NCBI GenBank assembly: GCA_963847705.1
Contig: CAWKBC010000032.1
Coordinates: forward strand, 128,001-192,000
Origin: an uncultured Pseudomonadota bacterium
GTDB lineage: Bacteria > Myxococcota_A > Polyangia > Fen-1088
DNA: 64,000 bases
Reading direction: 5' to 3'
Of the stretch, positions 33,680 to 42,124 are shown in pieces (the stretch's first letter is position 1; each line of letters begins with the position of its first letter). Below the pieces are notes generated by a model that saw only the letters and a program-made list of their open reading frames with translations, had not been told where the DNA came from and did not search any database. The position numbers and the translations under genes are program-made.

Positions 33680-34210
33680 CTATTTACCGAACCCGGCGTC
33701 GATGATCTTCTCCGCGGCGGCCGCGTGCTTCTCCAGCGTCGGAAGAAGCTCGGTCAGGAGCTCGCGCAGCTGCGGGTCGGCGGTCTTGTCGCGCGCCGCC
33801 GTCAGCGCCCCGATCGCCTTGCGGTGATCGTCGAGCATCTCCTGGGCGAACTTCTTGTCGAAGTCGGGGCCCGTCGCCATCGTCCCCATGTCGTTGGGGC
33901 CGAGGGCCGGCGTGGCCGCCACCAGATCGACGTGCTCGCTTTGAGCCAGGGCAGCGACTCGGTCGTCGGCCGCCGTGTGGTCTTTGACCAGCATCTTTCC
34001 GTAATCCTGGACGGCCTTCGACTGGCCATCCTTCTGCGCGATGCGGCCGGCCTGGATCTCTTTCTGATCCGCCTCGTGCAAAGACCCCAGGACGTCGGCC
34101 GTCGTCGAGGTCTTGGGAGGATCCGCAGCGCGGCCACTCCCGTCGGCCACCAGCAAACCGCCCGCGATCAGCCCATAGCGCAAGAACCTCGTCCCGACAA
34201 CGATTGTCAT
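33680..34210 (-). CDS. DUF4142-like exported protein
   Basis: EIQAGRIA, VQDYGKMLVKDH, FDKKFAQEMLDDH, LPTLEKH. Confidence 0.8.
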   Translation of the reverse strand: MTIVVGTRFLRYGLIAGGLLVADGSGRAADPPKTSTTADVLGSLHEADQKEIQAGRIAQKDGQSKAVQDYGKMLVKDHTAADDRVAALAQSEHVDLVAATPALGPNDMGTMATGPDFDKKFAQEMLDDHRKAIGALTAARDKTADPQLRELLTELLPTLEKHAAAAEKIIDAGFGK

Positions 34211-34286
34211 GGCTCCTCCTCAGCGGGCGTCTCGCACGCCTCGCCTACGGAAGGTGGGAGCGTAAGGGAAACCCGCAAGGTGCAGC

Positions 34287-35243
34287 TCAGCGGGCGCGCC
34301 GCGGGCCTGGAAGCTCGGCCGCCGCTGTCTCCCCGGCGAGCTCCCGGATGAGCGCGGCGATCTGGCTCAGCGTCGGCGCGAACGGCGAGGTCCGGCGCCA
34401 GCAGAGCCCGAGCGTCCGGAACGCCCGCCCGTCGGCCAGCGGCCGGATCGCCAGCGCCGCGTGTCGGCTCTCGGTGGCCACCGCCAACCGCGGCAGCAGC
34501 GTCACGCCCGCGCCGGCCGCCACCATCTGCGCCAGCGTCGAGAGGCTGGTGGCCCGGAAGTCGAGCTCGTGCGTGCGGGCGTGCGCGCAGACCGCCAGCG
34601 CCTGCTCGCGCAGGCAGTGCCCGTCGTCGAGCAGCAGCACGTCGGAGCCGCGGAGCTCGCTCATCTCGGCCGGCGCGGTCCGGCGCCCGAGCGGATGCGC
34701 GCGCGCCGTGGCCAGCACGAACGGATCGCGCCCGACCGGCTCACGCGCCAGATCGCCGAGATCGGCCTCCAGCGCCAGCAGCGCGCCCTCGAGCGCCCCC
34801 TCCTCGACCGCCCGCACGAGCACGTCGGTCTTCTCTTCCGTCCAGCGGACGACCAGCCCCGGCTGCGCGCGGCGCAGCGCCGGCACGATCCGCGGCAGCA
34901 GGTAGGGGGAGATCGTGGGGATGACCCCGAGGCGCAGCCGGGCGGTGCGCGGATCGCCGAGGCGCCGGGCGGCGTCCGCGAGATCGTCGGTCTCCGCCAG
35001 CAGGCGCCGCGCCCGGGCCACGACCTCCTCGCCGGCGGGGGTCGGCAGCACGCGGCGCCGGTCGCGCTCGAACAGGCGCACGCCCAGCGCCGACTCCAGC
35101 TGGGCCAGCTGCGCGCTCAGCGACGGCTGCGACACCCCACAGAGGGCGGCCGCCTTGCGAAAGCTGCGCGCGCTGGCCACCGCGACCGCATACTGCAGCT
35201 GCCGGGTGGTGAAGGGAGGTGGGGCCAGGCGCTTCGTCGTCAT
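34287..35243 (-). CDS. oxyR: Hydrogen peroxide-responsive LysR regulator OxyR
   Basis: LysR HTH (SFRKAA...SQPSLS), LGVIPTISPYLLP, DGHCLREQALAVC with both redox Cys, ATSLSTL; divergent from ahpC. Confidence 0.92.
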   Translation of the reverse strand: MTTKRLAPPPFTTRQLQYAVAVASARSFRKAAALCGVSQPSLSAQLAQLESALGVRLFERDRRRVLPTPAGEEVVARARRLLAETDDLADAARRLGDPRTARLRLGVIPTISPYLLPRIVPALRRAQPGLVVRWTEEKTDVLVRAVEEGALEGALLALEADLGDLAREPVGRDPFVLATARAHPLGRRTAPAEMSELRGSDVLLLDDGHCLREQALAVCAHARTHELDFRATSLSTLAQMVAAGAGVTLLPRLAVATESRHAALAIRPLADGRAFRTLGLCWRRTSPFAPTLSQIAALIRELAGETAAAELPGPRRAR

Positions 35244-35287
35244 AGTCAAAAACTATGACATGGATACAAACGTTGTCTTGGCACTAT
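35242..35287. promoter_or_regulatory. OxyR-type operator between oxyR and ahpC
   Basis: ATAG-N7-CTAT-N7-ATAC followed by a further CTAT at 35284. Confidence 0.75.
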
Positions 35288-35326
35288 CAGCCGGCCGGCG
35301 ACACTGTAGCGACCAAGGAGGCACAC

Positions 35327-35866
35327 ATGTTGACCATCGGAGACAAGTTTCCAGCGTTCAAACTGAAGGCGGCCGTCAGCCTGGAGAAGGGCAAGGAGTT
35401 CCAGGACGTCACCAGCGACGAGTACCCCGGCAAGTGGAAGGTCGTCTTCTTCTGGCCCAAGGACTTCACCTTCGTCTGCCCCACGGAGATCGCGGCGTTC
35501 GGCAAGAAGAACCGCGACTTCCTCGACCGCGATGCGCAGGTGCTGGGGGTGAGCACAGACAACGAGTTCGTCCACGTCGCCTGGCGCAAGAACCACCCCG
35601 ACCTCAAGGACCTGCCGTTCCCCATGCTCTCGGACATCAAGCACGACCTGTCGAATGCGCTCGGCATCCTGCACCCCACCGCGGGGGTGGCGATGCGCGC
35701 CACGTTCATCGTCGATCCGGAGAACGTGATCCGCTTCGTCTCGGTGACCGACCTCGACGTCGGCCGCAACGTCGACGAGGTGCTGCGGGTGCTCGACGCG
35801 CTGCAGACCGACGAGCTCTGCCCCTGCAACTGGCAGAAGGGTGAAGCGACCCTGCAGGTCGCCTGA
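35327..35866 (+). CDS. ahpC: Peroxiredoxin AhpC
   Basis: FWPKDFTFVCPTEI, GRNVDEVLRVLDALQTDELCPCNW; AAGGAGG RBS upstream. Confidence 0.96.
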   Translation: MLTIGDKFPAFKLKAAVSLEKGKEFQDVTSDEYPGKWKVVFFWPKDFTFVCPTEIAAFGKKNRDFLDRDAQVLGVSTDNEFVHVAWRKNHPDLKDLPFPMLSDIKHDLSNALGILHPTAGVAMRATFIVDPENVIRFVSVTDLDVGRNVDEVLRVLDALQTDELCPCNWQKGEATLQVA

Positions 35867-35868
35867 CC

Positions 35869-36417
35869 ATGTCCGCGCTCGACGAGCTGCGCGACGCCAT
35901 CCCCGACGCCGCGCGCGATCTGAAGCTGAACCTGCAATCGGTGCTGGCCGAGAGCAGCCTGTCGCCCGCGCAGCGCTGGGGAACCGCTGTCGCCGCAGCC
36001 GTCGCGTCGCGCAACCCACGCCTGCGCGACGCCGTCCTCGCCGAGGCGCGCGCGGTGACCGAAGCGGCGGTGGTCGATGACGCCATCGCCGCCGCCGCGC
36101 TGATGGGGATGAACAATGTCTACTACCGGTTCCGCCACCTCATCGGGCGCGACGTCTACTCGGAGAAGCCGGCCCGGCTGCGGATGAACCGCATCGCCAA
36201 GCCGGCCGGCAGCAAGCTCGACTTCGAGCTCTTCTGCCTGGCGGTCAGCGCCATCAACGGCTGCGAGAGCTGCCTCAAGGCCCACGAGAAGGTGGTCCTG
36301 GCCGGCGGCCTCTCGGAGGACCAGGTGCACGACGCCGTCCGGATCGCGGCGGTCATCCACGGCGCGGCGGTGGCGCTCGATCTGGTCCCGGCCAACCCCA
36401 CCACGTCCCCGGACTGA
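35869..36417 (+). CDS. ahpD: Alkylhydroperoxidase AhpD
   Basis: ARDLKLNL, MGMNNVYYRF, VSAINGCESCLKAHE. Confidence 0.95.
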   Translation: MSALDELRDAIPDAARDLKLNLQSVLAESSLSPAQRWGTAVAAAVASRNPRLRDAVLAEARAVTEAAVVDDAIAAAALMGMNNVYYRFRHLIGRDVYSEKPARLRMNRIAKPAGSKLDFELFCLAVSAINGCESCLKAHEKVVLAGGLSEDQVHDAVRIAAVIHGAAVALDLVPANPTTSPD

Positions 36418-36438
36418 AGGCACCCTCGAAGTTGGGGG

Positions 36439-36467
36439 TTGTCATCCCCGGCACCGCCGCGTATTTT
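36439..36467 (+). promoter_or_regulatory. Sigma70-like promoter upstream of the MATE leader
   Basis: TTGTCA-N17-TATTTT. Confidence 0.6.
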
Positions 36468-36479
36468 TCTCCTCCCGCC

Positions 36480-36554
36480 ATGAGCCAGCACCCCGTCATG
36501 ATTCCGTTCCCGCGCACCGTCGTCGACGGTGCCGGCCGGGTCCTGCGCGGGTAG
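36480..36554 (+). CDS. Candidate 24-aa leader peptide MSQHPVMIPFPRTVVDGAGRVLRG
   Basis: Short ORF just after the promoter, followed by alternative hairpins and an RBS-sequestering stem. Confidence 0.4.
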   Translation: MSQHPVMIPFPRTVVDGAGRVLRG

Positions 36555-36667
36555 CACTCGCGGAAGACGACCCCGGGCCGGATGAGCCGGGGATCGTCAA
36601 AGTCCGTCGCTGACGATCTGTGGCTCCTCCCGCCGGCAGCACCCGGCAGCATCGGATGGAGAGCCAG

Positions 36668-38110
36668 ATGACCAGTCCGCAGATCGAACAACCAGAATCG
36701 GCCAGCGCCGTCAGCGCCCAGCAACAGGAGCGGTTCTGGCCGCTCGTGCGCGAGGCGCTGAGCGGGTCGCGCCGCGATCTGACCGCGATGCCGCTGGCAC
36801 GCGCCATCGTTCTCCTGGCCGTCCCGATGGTGCTGGAGATGGTGATGGAGTCGATCTTCGCCATCGCCGACATCTTCTGGGTCTCCAAGCTGGGGGCCGA
36901 CGCGGTCGCCGCCGTTGGCCTGACCGAGAGCCTGCTGACCGTCGTGTACGCGATCGGGATGGGGATGGCGATGGGCGTGGGCGCGGTGGTGTCGCGCCGG
37001 ATCGGCGCCAAGGATCAGGAGGGCGCCTCGCGCGCCGCCGCCCAGGCGATCTTCATCGGCCTCGGGTTGGCCGCCGTGCTGGGGGTCCTGGGCGGTCTCT
37101 TCGCGCCGGCGCTGCTCGCCGCCATGGGCGCCTCGCCGGCGGTGATGGCGGTCGGCGCGGGCTACGCACGTCTGATGCTGGTGGGCGACGTCAGCATCCT
37201 CCTGCTGTTCCTCATCAACGCCGGATTCCGCGGGGCGGGCGACGCCGCCATCACCATGCGCGCGCTCTGGCTGGCGAACGGGATCAACATCCTGCTGGGC
37301 CCGCTGTTCGTGTTCGGGCTGGGGCCGTTCCCGCGGCTCGGCGTCACCGGCGCGGCGGTGGCGACCACCATAGGCCGCAGCATCGGCGTGCTCTTCCTGT
37401 TGCGGGCGCTGGCGCGCGGCCAGGGGCGCCTGGTGGTGCGGCGCGCGCAGCTCCGCCTCGACCCCGAGACGCTGAAGACGATCTTCCGGCTGGCCAAGGA
37501 CGGCATCGTGCAGACGCTGATCGGGTTCACCAGCTGGATCGGCCTGGTGAAGATCCTGGCGGCCTTCGGCAGCGTGCCGCTGGCCGGCTACACGATCGCC
37601 ATGCGGGTGGTGATGTTCATGCTCCTGCCGTCGTGGGGGCTCGGCAACGCGGCGGCGACGCTGGTGGGGCAGAACCTGGGCGCGGGCAACCCGGCGCGCG
37701 CCGAGTTAGCCGTCTGGAGAGCGGCGTTCTACAACTTCGTCTTTCTCGGCATCATTGGTGTGCTCCTGGTGCTGTTCGGCGACATGGTGGTCCGCCTGTT
37801 CACGCCCGACCCGGCCGTGGTCGCGCAGGGGGGGCGCTGCCTGCGCATCGTCGCTTCCGGCTTTGCGTTTTACGCTTACGGGATGGTCGTCACGCAGGCG
37901 TTCAACGGCGCCGGGGACACCCGGACCCCGACCGCGATCAACCTCGGCTGCTTCTGGCTGGGCGAGATCCCGCTCGCGCTGTTGCTGGCGCGCGGCTTCG
38001 GGCTCGGGCCGACGGGGGTCTATGTGGCGATCACCGCGGCGTTCTCGGCGGTGGCGGTCGTCTCCATCACGCTCTTCCGCCGCGGGCGCTGGAAGACTGT
38101 GAAGGTCTAG
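36668..38110 (+). CDS. MATE family efflux transporter
   Basis: LAVPMVLEMVMESIFAIADIFWVSKLG, GLGNAAATLVGQNLGA, AFNGAGDT, FRRGRWK. Confidence 0.93.
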   Translation: MTSPQIEQPESASAVSAQQQERFWPLVREALSGSRRDLTAMPLARAIVLLAVPMVLEMVMESIFAIADIFWVSKLGADAVAAVGLTESLLTVVYAIGMGMAMGVGAVVSRRIGAKDQEGASRAAAQAIFIGLGLAAVLGVLGGLFAPALLAAMGASPAVMAVGAGYARLMLVGDVSILLLFLINAGFRGAGDAAITMRALWLANGINILLGPLFVFGLGPFPRLGVTGAAVATTIGRSIGVLFLLRALARGQGRLVVRRAQLRLDPETLKTIFRLAKDGIVQTLIGFTSWIGLVKILAAFGSVPLAGYTIAMRVVMFMLLPSWGLGNAAATLVGQNLGAGNPARAELAVWRAAFYNFVFLGIIGVLLVLFGDMVVRLFTPDPAVVAQGGRCLRIVASGFAFYAYGMVVTQAFNGAGDTRTPTAINLGCFWLGEIPLALLLARGFGLGPTGVYVAITAAFSAVAVVSITLFRRGRWKTVKV

Positions 38111-38112
38111 CG

Positions 38113-38134
38113 TATCTATTCTATAGAACAGATA
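38113..38134. promoter_or_regulatory. AT-rich near-perfect palindrome, candidate operator
   Basis: TATCTATTCTATAGAACAGATA: one mismatched pair, perfect core TTCTATAGAA. Confidence 0.45.
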
Positions 38135-38235
38135 TTTAAACTATAGATCGCTCGCCGCGCCCGGCGGTGCCGCGGCGATGCCCCGCGGTTGCGCGCCCGA
38201 CATCGACGGCACGACAGCTGCAGTACCACTCGGCC

Positions 38236-38622
38236 ATGACCGGACTCGAGTTCATCATGGCCGCCCGGGCCTTTCCGGGCGAACGGTTCGCCTTTCCCGC
38301 CGCCACGCTGGAGATCGGCCGCCGGATCATCAACCGCGAGCTGGCCGCCGTCGCGCGCCCCGGCGAGTCCTTCGCTCCCGGCGAGGAGGTCTACGCGCAC
38401 AGCGACGTGTCCGGACATGGCGCCGGCTTCATCGAACATGTCTGGACCCACGACGGTGTCGAGGTGGCGCGCCACTACATGCCGATCGGCGACGACCGGC
38501 GGTGGCGGACCTGGTCGCAGCATCGGCTCGAGGTGGGCGCCTACACGGTCGAGCTCTTCGGCCCCGACGGCAAGCGGATGGCGGTCAGGAACTTCTTCGT
38601 CGGCTCGACCGCCGGACGCTGA
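38236..38622 (+). CDS. DUF2914-like small protein
   Basis: IEHVWTHDG...RWRTWS...GAYTVELFGPDG. Confidence 0.65.
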   Translation: MTGLEFIMAARAFPGERFAFPAATLEIGRRIINRELAAVARPGESFAPGEEVYAHSDVSGHGAGFIEHVWTHDGVEVARHYMPIGDDRRWRTWSQHRLEVGAYTVELFGPDGKRMAVRNFFVGSTAGR

Positions 38623-38679
38623 TCGGACGTCGACCAGCTGCCCGCGGACGACCGTGGACGGGTATTCTCGCCGCCCGTC

Positions 38680-39441
38680 TTGGTGCTGTCACCCGCCGCC
38701 ATCGCCCTCCTCTCCGCGATCGCCGGGCTCGGCGGCTTCGTCAACGCGATCGCTGGCGGCGGCGGTCTCGTCACCCTGCCGGCGCTGCTGGCAGCCGGGC
38801 TGCCTCCGCAGCTCGCCATCGGGACGAACAAGGCGCAGGCCGTCTTCGGCGCCTTCACCTCGGTGGCCTCGTACTGGCACCAGGAGTCGCTCGACCGCGA
38901 GCGCGCGGCGCTCGGCTTCGCCGCCGGGTTCGTGGGCTCATCGATCGGAGCCCGGGCTCTGCTGGCCGTTCCCCTCGGTCCGCTGCGCGCCATCGTCATG
39001 GTGCTGCTGCTGGCGGCCGCCGCATTCCTGCTGGCCGGGCGCAACCTCGAGCCACGCCCACGCAGGCTCTCGACGCTGGTCGCGCGCCTGGCCCTCGTCG
39101 CCATCGGGCTCGTCCTGGGCGCCTACGACGGCTTCTTCGGACCCGGAACCGGCTCACTCCTGGTGGTGGCGTTCACCACCGTGTTCGGCGACAACCTGAC
39201 CCGCGCCTCCGGCAACGCCAAGGTGGTGAACTTCGCCTCGAACCTGGCCGCATTCCTGCTGTTCGCCTGGCGCGGGACCGTCATCTGGCGGATCTCGGTC
39301 CCGATGGCGGTGGCCAGCGTGATCGGCTCCGCGGCGGGCGCCCGCCTGGCCGTGCGCAACGGCGACCGGCTGGTGCGCGCCGTGGTCCTCGTCGTCGTGC
39401 TGGCAGTGGTGGTCAAGCTGGCCGTGGATCTGGCGCACTGA
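38680..39441 (+). CDS. TSUP (TauE/SafE) family transporter
   Basis: AIAGGGGLVTLPALL, GTNK, YDGFFGPGTGS, AKVVNFASN. Confidence 0.92.
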   Translation: MVLSPAAIALLSAIAGLGGFVNAIAGGGGLVTLPALLAAGLPPQLAIGTNKAQAVFGAFTSVASYWHQESLDRERAALGFAAGFVGSSIGARALLAVPLGPLRAIVMVLLLAAAAFLLAGRNLEPRPRRLSTLVARLALVAIGLVLGAYDGFFGPGTGSLLVVAFTTVFGDNLTRASGNAKVVNFASNLAAFLLFAWRGTVIWRISVPMAVASVIGSAAGARLAVRNGDRLVRAVVLVVVLAVVVKLAVDLAH

Positions 39442-39468
39442 AGCGAGCCATCCGCACCAGCCGGCGAG

Positions 39469-40245
39469 TCACCTCGGGACGCGGCGCGGGCGTTCGATGC
39501 GGACGTCGATCTCGCGCGCGTAGTGAACGAGCGGCGGCTGCTCGGCGAACGGCGGGAGGCCGGCGGCGGTGGTGAGCGACTGCCGCACCTGGAACGCGGC
39601 GGCCGGCTGCAGCGGGTACGGCGCGTGATGGACGCGGGCGCTCGAGAGCGTGCGTCCGTTCCAGGCGTAGAGGAGATAGCGCTCGGCCAGAAAGAACTCC
39701 AGCGATCCGACGGCCGCCGGCGCCGCCGGACCGGCGGGTCCGTACCGGGCCGAAAACTCCGCGGGCTGCTCGGAGCCGAGGCGGCGTGAGCGGTAAGAGA
39801 TCGTCGGCCCTTCGGAGAGCTCCAGCGCGATCCGCGCGTGAAAATACGGCAGGTGATAGCCGAGGCGCGCGCCCGCGACGGCGAGCCGGCTGGCCGCGTC
39901 CAGGCTGAAGAACCAGACCCCCGGATCGCGGCCCTGGCGGTGCACGTAGGTGCGCAGGTTCAGCTCGTGAAACGCCGGCGCGACCGGCAGTCCCAGCCGC
40001 GGCGTGCGCGACAGCGGGATGGTGAAGGGGACGACGCCGAGGTAGGCGACGCCGTCGAACGCATCGACCTCCAACCCCGGCGGGAGCAGCGGCGCGATCG
40101 CGGCGACGGCGACCGGCCAGTGCAGAAAGCCGAGGTGGCGCCAGACCTGACGCATCACGGGCCTCGTCGCCTGACCCGTGCTGGACCGCTCGCCGGTGGC
40201 GGCCCGCGCACGAAGCCGCTCGCCGTCGGTCGGCCGGGATGTCAC
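39469..40245 (-). CDS. YqjF/DUF2071 family protein
   Basis: MRQVWRHLGFLHW, FHELNLRTYV, GVWFFSLDA, FLAERY. Confidence 0.88.
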   Translation of the reverse strand: MTSRPTDGERLRARAATGERSSTGQATRPVMRQVWRHLGFLHWPVAVAAIAPLLPPGLEVDAFDGVAYLGVVPFTIPLSRTPRLGLPVAPAFHELNLRTYVHRQGRDPGVWFFSLDAASRLAVAGARLGYHLPYFHARIALELSEGPTISYRSRRLGSEQPAEFSARYGPAGPAAPAAVGSLEFFLAERYLLYAWNGRTLSSARVHHAPYPLQPAAAFQVRQSLTTAAGLPPFAEQPPLVHYAREIDVRIERPRRVPR

Positions 40246-41423
40246 GGGGCCGGCAGCGGGCGGGCCCCGAGGCGCGCGGCGGCCGAGCGCAGCGTCTCGT
40301 CACTCTTGGCGAAGCAGAACCGCACGAACGGCGGCGCGGCGGCCGGGTCGGTGTAGAAGACGGACGTGGGAATGGCCGCCACGCCGACCTCGGCGATGAG
40401 GCGGCGGCAGAAGGCGACATCGTCGGTGACCCCGCGCGCGCGAAGGTCCGCCAGAAGAAAGTAAGCGCCGTCGATCGGCAGCGGGGCCAGCTCCGCCGCG
40501 CGCAGCGCCGTCGTCAGAAGGTCGCGGCGGCGCGCGTAGTCGGCGCGGAGGCCGGCGTAGTAGCCGTCGCGCGCGGCGATCGGCAGCACGTCGGCCAGCG
40601 CCTCCTGAAACGGCGCCGCGTTGGTGAACGTCACGAACTGATGGACCGCGCGCAGCGCCGCCGTGAGCGGCGGCGGCGCGATGGCCCAGCCGACCTTCCA
40701 GCCCGTCACGCTGAAGGTCTTCCCCATGCTGTCGATGGTGATCGTCCGCTCGTACATCCCGGGCAGCGTGGCGATCGAGAGGTGCGGCGCGCCGAAGACC
40801 AGCTCCGAGTAGACCTCGTCGGCCACGACCAGCAGCTCGTGGCGCTGGCAGAGCGCGGCGATCGCCTCCAGCTCCTCGCGCCGGAACATCTTGCCGGTCG
40901 GGTTGTGGGGCGAGTTCAGGATGAGCGCCCGCGTGCGCGGGCCGATCGCCGCCGCGAGGCGGGCCGGCTCGAACCGCCAGTCGGGCGCCGCCAGCGGCAC
41001 CGCCCGGACCGTCCCCCCCGCCATCGCCACGTCCGGACCGTAAGCGTCGTAGGCGGGCTCGAAGACGATCACCTCGTCGCCCGGGTCGATGACCGCCAGC
41101 AGCGCGTCGTGCAGGAGCTCGGTCGCGCCGCTCGCCACCGTGACCTCGGCGTCCGCATCGACGACAGGGCCGTCCGGCCAGCGGCGCCGGTGGTCGTCCG
41201 CCAGCGCCCGGCGCAGGCGCGGCAGGCCGGCGCTGGCGGCATACTGGTTGTGGTCCTCGCGGATGTGGCGCGCCGCGGCCTCCTTGACGAACTCGGGCGC
41301 GGCGAAGTCCGGGAACCCCTGTCCCAGGTTGGCGGCGCCATGCTCGACCGCCAGGGCGGTGATCTCGGTGAAGATCGACGTCCCGATCCCGGCAATGCGC
41401 GCGGCCCCGGCCTTTCGCCCCAT
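40242..41423 (-). CDS. PLP-dependent class I/II aminotransferase (YbdL-like)
   Basis: NLGQGFPDF, NSPHNPTGK, DEVY, SMGKTFSVTGWKVGW, VRFCFAK. Confidence 0.92.
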   Translation of the reverse strand: MGRKAGAARIAGIGTSIFTEITALAVEHGAANLGQGFPDFAAPEFVKEAAARHIREDHNQYAASAGLPRLRRALADDHRRRWPDGPVVDADAEVTVASGATELLHDALLAVIDPGDEVIVFEPAYDAYGPDVAMAGGTVRAVPLAAPDWRFEPARLAAAIGPRTRALILNSPHNPTGKMFRREELEAIAALCQRHELLVVADEVYSELVFGAPHLSIATLPGMYERTITIDSMGKTFSVTGWKVGWAIAPPPLTAALRAVHQFVTFTNAAPFQEALADVLPIAARDGYYAGLRADYARRRDLLTTALRAAELAPLPIDGAYFLLADLRARGVTDDVAFCRRLIAEVGVAAIPTSVFYTDPAAAPPFVRFCFAKSDETLRSAAARLGARPLPAP

Positions 41424-41497
41424 CCGACTGATTTAACTCGAGATCGCGCGATCTTTGACCAACTTTTGGCGCCCTGCCGCACTATGGGGTCAGGGTG

Positions 41498-42124
41498 ATG
41501 GGCACGACCTCCTTTCGCGTCATTCGCGGCAGCGCGACCGGTCGGCCGGGCGGCGAGCCGACCGACGCGGAGATCGCGGAGGCGCTCCGGCGCGGCGAGC
41601 GCCAGGCGGAGCTCGAGGCCTGGAACCGCTTCTCGCCCGGCGCGGCCCAGACGCTGGCGCGGCTGCTCGGCCCCGGCCCCGATCGGGAGGATCTGCTGCA
41701 GGAGGTCTTCCTTCGTTTCTACAGACGGATCCGGACGCTGCGTGAGCCGGCGGCGGTCCGGGGGTTCCTGTTCGGGATCTGCGTCCGGGTCGTGCAAGGC
41801 GAGCTCGCCAGCCGCCACCGGCGCCGCTGGTTGCGCCTCACGCCGACCGGCGATGCGCCCGACATGGCGGTGCCGGGCCCGGATGTCGAGGCGCGCGCCG
41901 CCGTCGCGCGCTACTACGCGCTGCTCGAGCGGCTGGGCAAGAGCGAGCGCTCGATCTTCGTGTCGCGGACGATCGAGAGGCGGACGCTGGCCGAGGTGGC
42001 CGAGGCGCACGGGGTGTCGATCTCCACGGCGCAGCGGCGGCTGGCCCGGGCGAGCAAGCGGGTGGCGGTGCTGCTGCGGAGCGAGCCCGCGCTGATACGC
42101 TTCGCCGGCGGAGACGAACCGTGA
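41498..42124 (+). CDS. ECF sigma factor
   Basis: DLLQEVFLRF region 2, LAEVAEAHGVSISTAQRRLARA region 4. Confidence 0.88.
   Translation: MGTTSFRVIRGSATGRPGGEPTDAEIAEALRRGERQAELEAWNRFSPGAAQTLARLLGPGPDREDLLQEVFLRFYRRIRTLREPAAVRGFLFGICVRVVQGELASRHRRRWLRLTPTGDAPDMAVPGPDVEARAAVARYYALLERLGKSERSIFVSRTIERRTLAEVAEAHGVSISTAQRRLARASKRVAVLLRSEPALIRFAGGDEP

Noticed and set aside
38111-38149. AT-rich palindrome as the chromosomal dif site
   Set aside because: Lacks the TTATGTTAAAT-like XerD arm and the 11-6-11 layout
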